In this document: piece by piece, positions 15,963 through 21,714 of the stretch
Numbering within the stretch: the first letter of the stretch is position 1
Layout: each line of letters begins with the position of its first letter
DNA from: a virus
DNA length: 64,000 nucleotides
Virus record (IMG/VR): IMGVR_UViG_3300048927_000157
Location: 1-64,000 of that record
Strand: one strand, 5' to 3'
The notes under the pieces: model-generated
Seen by the model: only the letters and a program-made list of their open reading frames with translations
Told to the model about the DNA's origin: nothing
Database searches by the model: none
Position numbers and translations under genes: made by a program

Positions 15963-17639
15963 ATGTTCGACAGCAAACAAAAAAGTTTATTTGAAGTTAC
16001 TTCAAAAAACAAACCAGCAACATCTGCATTCGTTAATGCAGCTTTAAAGAAAGGAGCAGAAACACTATCGGGTAACGGAGCCCTAAAATATTCCTCAACA
16101 GGATCAGCATTAGTTGACCAGTTCGGAGTTATGGGTAAGTTCAAAGCACCAAGATCTTTCCAGGATATCAGTAGAGATGCTGAATTACTTTGGGCAGACG
16201 ATAAGTGGGATGCAGTAGCATTCTCTGTCTTCGTGAGAATGATCTCAAGACAGACTATGTATCAGGATGGTACAATGACTTCTGTTTCACAAAAAGGAGG
16301 AGAGCTTAGACATGAAGGTATCATGAGATTCTTATGGTTACACTTCAAGGATGAGAAAACTTTCTGGACTAACGTAGGTCTAATGATCTCAGCAGGATCA
16401 TGGAAAGATATCTTCACGATGCTTTCTTATGACTTAGTACACCACGGGTGGAATGGAAGAAAGTTAAACTGGAAAAAGTTTGGAGAACTTATCCTTTCAG
16501 GATTAGAAAATTCAAACACTAGTGACTTAATTAAAAAGTATCTTCCACAGATCAAAGCTAAATCTTCTTGCAAAACTGTTGAGGCTCAGGCTGATACAAT
16601 CATTGCTAAATGGATTTGCTCATTAGTATTCGGTACAAAAGAAAATGCAGGATCTACTTACAAACAGTACAGAAAATTAAAAACTTCTGGTACTGCTCAT
16701 GAATGGCAGAAGTTAATTTCTACAAAGCAATTTGATAGAATTGATTTCAACAAAGTTCATGGTAGAGCTCTTTCTAAACTTGTACAAGGTAAGTTCTTGT
16801 TCAACCAAAAACTTTCTGACAAGTATGCAGAGTGGATCAAGGCTCCAGAAACTAAAGAAGTTAAATACACAGGTTTCGTTCACGAGTTGTTCGAAGGTCT
16901 AGGTAAGAGAGCTAGAAGAAAAGTTACTTCTCAAGAGGAAGAAACTATTAACAAGCAATTTGCTACTCTTGTTAAAAAAGGTGGAGAGACTGGTCAAACT
17001 AGTCTAATTGTAGTAAGAGATACATCAGGATCTATGAGCTCACCAGCTACTGGAACTACGATGAGCTGCTACGATATTGCTAAGGCACTTGCCCTTTACT
17101 TCTCTGAATTCTTAACAGGTAGATTTGCAGATGCATGGATCGAGTTCAACTCAGATGCTCAGATGCATACTTGGAAAGGTCAGACTCCAGTAGACAAGTG
17201 GAAAAACGATCACTCAAGTTACGTTGGTGGTACTAACTTCCAATCAGTAATTAACCTTTTCGTTAATCTGAAGCAAAAAGGAATTTCAGAAGAAGATTTC
17301 CCAACAGGAATCTTATGTATCTCTGATAGTGAATTCAACCCAACTTCGTTAGGTAAAACTAACGTTGAAACTGCAAAGGAAACTTTGAGAAGAGCTGGGT
17401 TCTCTAAAGAGTATGTGGATAACTTTGTGATTGTTCTTTGGAACCTACAGTCAGGATACTACGGTAGAGGGACTGGAGAGAAGTTTGAAACTTATGGAGA
17501 CGTTAAAAACGTATTCTATTTCAGTGGATACTCTGCTACCACTGTAGGATTCTTGACTAACACCAAGATCAAAACAGCAGAAGAATTAGTAAGAGAGGCA
17601 TTGTCTCAGGAGCTGATTCAAAGAGTAGAAGTTCTATAA
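15963..17639 (+). CDS. DUF2828-like protein: helical N-terminal domain plus C-terminal vWA/MIDAS domain (Ro60-like architecture)
   Basis: N-terminal ...LSGNGALKYSSTGSALVDQFG... (remembered DUF2828 signature). A vWA MIDAS motif VVRDTSGSMSS sits near residue 350. 558 aa. Confidence 0.7.
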   Translation: MFDSKQKSLFEVTSKNKPATSAFVNAALKKGAETLSGNGALKYSSTGSALVDQFGVMGKFKAPRSFQDISRDAELLWADDKWDAVAFSVFVRMISRQTMYQDGTMTSVSQKGGELRHEGIMRFLWLHFKDEKTFWTNVGLMISAGSWKDIFTMLSYDLVHHGWNGRKLNWKKFGELILSGLENSNTSDLIKKYLPQIKAKSSCKTVEAQADTIIAKWICSLVFGTKENAGSTYKQYRKLKTSGTAHEWQKLISTKQFDRIDFNKVHGRALSKLVQGKFLFNQKLSDKYAEWIKAPETKEVKYTGFVHELFEGLGKRARRKVTSQEEETINKQFATLVKKGGETGQTSLIVVRDTSGSMSSPATGTTMSCYDIAKALALYFSEFLTGRFADAWIEFNSDAQMHTWKGQTPVDKWKNDHSSYVGGTNFQSVINLFVNLKQKGISEEDFPTGILCISDSEFNPTSLGKTNVETAKETLRRAGFSKEYVDNFVIVLWNLQSGYYGRGTGEKFETYGDVKNVFYFSGYSATTVGFLTNTKIKTAEELVREALSQELIQRVEVL

Positions 17640-17676
17640 GGTGAAAATCCTTTAACATAAAATTAACACTGCAAAA

Positions 17677-17710
17677 TTTGCATATCTCAAAAAGATTTTG
17701 TATCTTTGCA
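17677..17710 (+). promoter_or_regulatory. phage consensus promoter driving the tRNA-like array
   Basis: TTTGCATATCTCAAAAAGATTTTGTATCTTTGCA, with upstream TTTAACATAAAATTAAC. No ORF follows for about 1.06 kb. Confidence 0.7.
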
Positions 17711-17935
17711 GTGTTATTAATGAGGTTACTATCAGCAAATACACAACAAAAACATATAATTGATTCAAAAATAAGTAACGTAGAATGCAAAAGCACAGCC
17801 ATCTCTACACTTCGAGTCCTGTATGTGAGAAGTAAAATTGTATAGGAAGGTCTTGAGATGACTTTAAAAGCAAGCAGAGGATTAAAACCCTTGGTAACCT
17901 GTCTATAAAAACTCATACAGCAACTATAAAGCAAC

Positions 17936-18032
17936 GGTATCATAAACCCCAGTCAGAGGTTCGAATCCTCTCCTCCCAACAAAGTTAAATCTTAAAAAAT
18001 ACATCGGGAGGTAGTGAAGTGGTTATCACGGG
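17936..18032 (+). ncRNA. circularly permuted tRNA gene, initiator-like tRNA-Met(CAT): 3' half, 25-nt linker, 5' half
   Basis: 17936-17979 GGT-ATCATAA-ACCCC-AGTC-AGAGG-TTCGAAT-CCTCT-CCTCCCA-A; 18005-18032 CGGGAGG-TA-GTGA-AGTGGTTA-TCAC-G-GG. Joined, they give a 72-nt cloverleaf with a C1xA72 mismatch and anticodon stem GGGGT/ACCCC. Confidence 0.65.
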
Positions 18033-18085
18033 TAAAAGCAAAAAGTGAGTTTTGATAAAGTTTCATACAGCAAACACACAGTTAA

Positions 18086-18179
18086 GCATTGAAAGCCGTT
18101 GGTCGGGGGTTCGAGTCCTTCCTCCCAAACAAAGTTAAATCTAGAAATCTTTGGGAGTAGCTCAGTTGGTAGAGCAACG
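18086..18179 (+). ncRNA. circularly permuted tRNA gene, anticodon TGA with short variable arm: 3' half, 21-nt linker, 5' half
   Basis: 18086-18129 GC-ATTGAAA-GCCGT-TGGTC-GGGGG-TTCGAGT-CCTTC-CTCCCAA-A; 18151-18179 TTGGGAG-TA-GCTC-AGTTGGTA-GAGC-A-ACG. Joined, every stem is fully paired (73 nt; G-U pairs in the T stem). Confidence 0.65.
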
Positions 18180-18497
18180 TTAAAACAAAAAATGAAACTT
18201 GAATAAGAACAGTAACAGCAAATTTTATCACAGAAACTACCATCTTAAGTTTTATGGTGTAACAGGTAGCACACTGGGAATAAGAATCCCAGAGGTTTTG
18301 GTTCGAATCCATCTTAGATAATCTGTTCTGACAAGATTGCTAACAGCAAATTAAACAAACACTTGAATTTTAATCAAACCTAGTTTAGTATGCAATCTGA
18401 AAAAATTACCTACAGCAAACTAAAACAAAATCAAAATAGGAAATTTGAAAAACAAAAGGTAATTTGATAAAGCTACACACAGCAAATAAACGTTTAT

Positions 18498-18599
18498 AAA
18501 TTTTTATTTGGATTAAAAACGATTTGGGTTCGAATCCCGAAGCCCTTGACCGAGGCACTTGGATGTGGAATATCGGTGTCAACAAGACCTGTAGCTTGT
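18498..18599 (+). ncRNA. degenerate permuted tRNA-like module (anticodon arm, T arm, closed helix, D-like hairpin)
   Basis: TTTTA-TTTGGAT-TAAAA (TGG loop), TTGGG-TTCGAAT-CCCGA, helix TTGACCGA/TCGG(TG)TCAA capped by a 19-nt loop, then CAAG-ACCTGTAG-CTTG. The geometry is imperfect. Confidence 0.3.
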
Positions 18600-18603
18600 A
18601 TTT

Positions 18604-18675
18604 GGTCCGTTCGTCTATCGGTGAGGACATTAGATTTTCGATCTAAGAAGATGGGTTCGATTCCCATACGGACTA
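18604..18675 (+). tRNA. tRNA-Glu(TTC)
   Basis: GGTCCGT/ACGGACT, TTAGA-TTTTCGA-TCTAA, ATGGG-TTCGATT-CCCAT. Confidence 0.9.
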
Positions 18676-18680
18676 CAATT

Positions 18681-18754
18681 GGTTCTTTAGCTCAACTAGG
18701 TAGAGCAGCAGTCTCTAAAACTGTGTGTTATGGGTTCGAATCCCATAAGAATCA
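18681..18754 (+). tRNA. amber suppressor tRNA, anticodon CTA
   Basis: GGTTCTT/AAGAATC, GCTC-AACTAGGTA-GAGC, GCAGT-CTCTAAA-ACTGT, GTGTT, ATGGG-TTCGAAT-CCCAT. The 7-nt loop has U33, CTA and A37. Confidence 0.85.
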
Positions 18755-18774
18755 CAACCAAAATTTTATACATT

Positions 18775-19134
18775 ATGAAAAAAGGAGACGAATTAGTAGG
18801 TTAGGTTGGAAATGAATTCCTAACTATTATTACAAGAGAAGACCTGAAACCAGGTTACAAATGTGTGCAAAGTGCACATGCATTGGCTGATTTTGCAGTC
18901 AAGTTTGAAGATGAATTTAAGCAGTGGCAGTTGGGTAGTAATTACCTGTGTTGCCTGGAAGCTTCGGAATCCAAAATTGAAAGGATACTCCACAGATTAG
19001 ATGACTTAAAAATTAAGTACCATAAATTCTTGGAACCTGATATCGGAAACCAAATGACAGCAGTAGCTGTTGAAGCAATCTCCAGAGAACAACATAAAAA
19101 ACTTTTTAAGAATTTACAACTAACATTAAATTAA
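18775..19134 (+). CDS. PTH2-like (peptidyl-tRNA hydrolase 2 family) protein with an in-frame TAG at codon 10
   Basis: ATG 18775, then MKKGDELVG-TAG(18802)-VGNEFLTIITREDLKPGYKCVQSAHA... The LTIITREDL..G.K.VQSAHA block matches the PTH2 N-terminus and lies upstream of the GTG (18865) used in the track. There is no in-frame start between 18805 and 18864. Confidence 0.5.
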
Positions 19135-19141
19135 AATTATC

Positions 19142-19417
19142 ATGAAAAAATTTGAGGCAATCAGACAAGCAATAAAAACATTATCAGAGGACCAAAAAAA
19201 ATACAAGCCTTTGAGAAAACCTTCTAACATTAAAGCAGATGACCCAGACTCTCCAGAATGGTATCAGCAAGCTGTTAGAAGTAACAAATATGAGCTAAGA
19301 CACTTATTCCAGGCTTACTCTGTACTGAAAGGAAAGCAAAGGCAGGAAACAAAAAGAAAGGAGATCTCCGAATCTTATGTAACTAAACTTGTGCAGCAGT
19401 ATGGAGACAATTTGTAA
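19142..19417 (+). CDS. hypothetical protein
   Basis: Co-directional ORF. No motif recognised. Confidence 0.55.
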   Translation: MKKFEAIRQAIKTLSEDQKKYKPLRKPSNIKADDPDSPEWYQQAVRSNKYELRHLFQAYSVLKGKQRQETKRKEISESYVTKLVQQYGDNL

Positions 19418-19649
19418 AAGTTCCAGGATAGTGTTCCACTTCAATAAGAAACACAATGAAGACAAAGATGTCCCAGCATGGGTGGTGAAGTGTAAAGGTG
19501 AGACGTACTATGTGGATCATTTAGATTCCAGGGTCGGCTTCACAACTAAGGAGACTCCAGACAACAGTCATACAAAAGGAAGTCTTCAGTTTAAAGGCTC
19601 ATTAAAAATTATTAAAGAAAACAACATGACTACTGCTCTTATTGAGTAG
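19401..19649 (+). CDS. hypothetical protein
   Basis: Track ORF 19389 trimmed to METICKSS... Ends in a tandem TAG TAG. Confidence 0.55.
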   Translation: METICKSSRIVFHFNKKHNEDKDVPAWVVKCKGETYYVDHLDSRVGFTTKETPDNSHTKGSLQFKGSLKIIKENNMTTALIE

Positions 19650-19827
19650 TAGTCTATTATAAGCAGAGTGTACCATTAGGTGTGGGTTTAGTGTGCAAGC
19701 TAAACGAAAGTTTGCTGCCGAGTAGAAAGAATTCAAAGTTACAAAGGAGTCATGACTGGAGTAATGAGAAGGGCAACTACAGAGTTTCAAACGGAAGTGG
19801 TTCGATTCCTCCTCTCTGCTCCAATAT

Positions 19828-19900
19828 TGCTACATGGAGAAATAGGTTACCTCGTCAGTCTCATAAGCTGAAGATCCAGGTTCGAGTCCTGGTGGAGCTA
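19828..19900 (+). tRNA. tRNA-Met(CAT)-like, weak acceptor stem
   Basis: TCAGT-CTCATAA-GCTGA and CCAGG-TTCGAGT-CCTGG are perfect. Acceptor TGCTACA/TGGAGCT pairs at only 5 of 7 positions. Alternative 5' strand TGCTCCA at 19817. Confidence 0.55.
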
Positions 19901-20089
19901 CTAATCCCTTGAAAGAGTTCAGCCTTTGAGTGAGGTGTGTAAGGTTAAATAACACTGGGCACGAGAGGTACTTTATGAGTTTTTGTGTTTAAAAAACTTA
20001 GGTTTGGTTGCAGTGTGCTGCCTTTCCCTTAAAAATGGAAGCAAGAAGTAAAAGAGGATATCAGCCTGATTAGCTTCACGTCCTCATTT

Positions 20090-20161
20090 CCTGATATGGT
20101 ATAGTGGCTATTACGTGACCCTCATAAAGTCAACAGCCAAGTTCGATTCTTGGTATCGGGA
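20090..20161 (+). tRNA. tRNA with CAT anticodon (elongator Met or Ile2)
   Basis: CCTGATA/TATCGGG, loop CTCATAA, CCAAG-TTCGATT-CTTGG. Confidence 0.8.
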
Positions 20162-20269
20162 CAAAAATAACTGAAGTAAAATAGAGTATCTGAGGAGTCC
20201 TTTTTAGGGGGTGTTGATACAGAGAGGGTAGCCCTGTTACAAGGGTGTAGTTTGAAAGTTATTTTATTT

Positions 20270-20342
20270 GCCCTCATAGCTCAACTGCATAGAGCAACTC
20301 CCTTCTAAGGTGTCGATACAGGTTGGAATCCTGTTGGGGGCT
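20270..20342 (+). tRNA. tRNA-Arg(TCT)
   Basis: GCCCTCA/TGGGGGC, GCTC-AACTGCATA-GAGC, loop CTTCTAA, ACAGG-TTGGAAT-CCTGT. Confidence 0.85.
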
Positions 20343-20355
20343 CAAAATTAAAATT

Positions 20356-20865
20356 ATGAATAATTGTTTGCACTGTGGTACAGAGACTACAAATCCAAAA
20401 TATTGTTGTAGGTCATGTTCTGCTAAGCATACAAATGTTAAATTTCCTAAAAAGAAATTAACTAGGACTTGTAGTAAGTGTAGCTCAGTTGTAAAATCTT
20501 ATAAACATAGTTTATGTGAATTCCATCATGAAGAATTAAAACAAACAAAGTATGAGGTTACAAAAAATTTAACTCTACAAGATTACTGGAATAAAAAATC
20601 ATTAGATGGTTTACATACTTCTTCAAAAAATGCACATATAAGACAGTTAGGTCGAACTAAATTTAAAGACCTTTTGAGAAAGCCTTGTGCTAATTGTGGG
20701 TATTCTAAACATGTGGAGTTATGTCATATTAAACCAATAAGGGATTTTAAACCAACTGATAAAGTAGACCTAGTCAATGCAAGAGATAATGTGATACAAC
20801 TTTGTCCAAACTGTCACTGGGAATTTGATAATGGATATTTAAAATTGTTAAGGCAATTATTATAA
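20356..20865 (+). CDS. HNH homing-type endonuclease
   Basis: N-terminal Cys clusters. C-terminal CANCGYSKHVELCHIKP...NVIQLCPNCHWEFDNG. Sits between two tRNA genes. The track start at 20323 is inside tRNA-Arg. Confidence 0.75.
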   Translation: MNNCLHCGTETTNPKYCCRSCSAKHTNVKFPKKKLTRTCSKCSSVVKSYKHSLCEFHHEELKQTKYEVTKNLTLQDYWNKKSLDGLHTSSKNAHIRQLGRTKFKDLLRKPCANCGYSKHVELCHIKPIRDFKPTDKVDLVNARDNVIQLCPNCHWEFDNGYLKLLRQLL

Positions 20866-20940
20866 GGCTTCTTAGCTCAGCCTGGTCAGAGCAGCTCCCT
20901 CATAAGGAGAAGGTCACAGGTTCAAATCCTGTAGGAGCCA
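20866..20940 (+). tRNA. tRNA-Met(CAT)
   Basis: GGCTTCT/AGGAGCC, GCTC-AGCCTGGTCA-GAGC, loop CTCATAA, ACAGG-TTCAAAT-CCTGT. Starts 1 nt after the HNH stop. Confidence 0.85.
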
Positions 20941-20956
20941 CATCAAAAATTTAAAA

Positions 20957-21241
20957 ATGAAACAAGAGAGATTAAATGAACTAGGATTTCATGTCCATGT
21001 GATAAAAAAAGAAACTCCTATGCTTGGAAAAGTAATATTCAGAAAAAAAGGATTTTCTCACGGGTGGGAACTTACTCTTCCTTATACAACACATCACGGA
21101 TCTTTTCTTGGGAATGACATCCAACTTACTTCCACACTATATAAAGTAACAGGAGACCAAAGAGAACTTTTAGTTCAAGTTAAAGGAGATCTTTCTGATG
21201 CAGCTATGGAAGAAATAATCACCAATGCAATAAGGGAGTAA
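20957..21241 (+). CDS. hypothetical protein
   Basis: Co-directional ORF. Confidence 0.55.
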   Translation: MKQERLNELGFHVHVIKKETPMLGKVIFRKKGFSHGWELTLPYTTHHGSFLGNDIQLTSTLYKVTGDQRELLVQVKGDLSDAAMEEIITNAIRE

Positions 21242-21714
21242 TGTACGAAGCAAGAAAATTTTCTCAGGAGAGTTACAATAAGTACAATGACTCTACAATC
21301 AATAAAGTAATCACTCACTTAGAATCATTAGGTTACAAAATAATCAGAAGAGATGAAACTTTCTCCCATGATTTAATCATTCAAAAAGCTGATGGACCAG
21401 AAGTATACGTTGAAGTAGAAGCAAGTGCTGCCTGGGAATTTACAACAAGGGACACTTACAAATATCCAAATGTTAACTTTCTTGGAAGAAAACAAAAGAT
21501 GCACATTGAACATCCCTTCATGTATATCATTGTCTGTGTAAAAACAGACTGGGCTTTAGCATGTGATTCTAATGTTATCTATAATACAGGAAGAAGAAAA
21601 GAGATTCATGTAAACTCTCAATTCAAGAAAGGCTCTGATGAAGTCTTCTATCTTCCAAAAGATAAAGTATCATTTTTCAAATTAAATCTTGATGGGTCCA
21701 AACAGACACAATAA
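21241..21714 (+). CDS. hypothetical protein (possible PD-(D/E)XK-like core)
   Basis: ...SHDLIIQKADGPEVYVEVEAS... is weakly nuclease-like. Otherwise unassigned. Confidence 0.55.
   Translation: MYEARKFSQESYNKYNDSTINKVITHLESLGYKIIRRDETFSHDLIIQKADGPEVYVEVEASAAWEFTTRDTYKYPNVNFLGRKQKMHIEHPFMYIIVCVKTDWALACDSNVIYNTGRRKEIHVNSQFKKGSDEVFYLPKDKVSFFKLNLDGSKQTQ

Larger units (their letters stand above)
17732..18485 (+). repeat. tandem array of 7 units marked by (A/T)CAGCAA, each followed 12 nt later by an anticodon-arm-like hairpin
   Basis: Motif copies at 17732, 17917, 18067, 18215, 18343, 18412 and 18479. Spacings are 185, 150, 148, 128, 69 and 67 nt. Shared spacer segments TAAAAGCAA, TTTGATAAAG and CAAAGTTAAATCT. 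Confidence 0.7.

Noticed and set aside
17806-17833. TTCGAGTCC T-loop-like motif as another tRNA 3' half.
   Set aside because: The flanking bases (TACAC / CCTGT) cannot form a T stem and no acceptor partner exists. It folds more simply as the hairpin ACTTC...GAAGT.
18005-18129. A conventional-order tRNA gene with a 53-nt intron (5' half at 18005 + 3' half at 18086).
   Set aside because: The acceptor strands CGGGAGG and CTCCCAA are out of register. Shifting by 1 nt gives 6/7 pairs but leaves 3 nt between the acceptor and D stems. The anticodon stem cannot be completed without destroying the GTGA/TCAC D stem. Likewise, 18151 has no matching 3' half downstream. The spacer is also far too short for a group I intron.
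18234-18320. Fourth array unit as a tRNA (D arm GTGT/GCAC, arm CTGGGA-ATAAGAA-TCCCAG, TTCGAAT loop).
   Set aside because: The T stem has only 3 bp. There is no acceptor pairing in normal or permuted order. The anticodon arm has 6 bp. Reported only as part of the repeat array.
17716-18603. CRISPR array, suggested by regularly spaced repeats in an ORF-free region.
   Set aside because: The conserved cores are only 7-13 nt (ACAGCAA, CAAAGTTAAATCT), not 24-40-nt direct repeats. The units contain tRNA arms. No cas genes are present.
17569-18815. ORFs 17569..17943(-), 18082..18312(-), 18406..18630(-) and 18546..18815(+).
   Set aside because: They overlap the tRNA-like array and the Glu and suppressor tRNA genes. 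Their composition is low-complexity, they lack promoters, and most lie on the strand opposite all neighbouring genes.
19602-19912. ORFs 19602..19790(-) and 19682..19912(+).
   Set aside because: They run through tRNA-like sequence and tRNA-Met(CAT).
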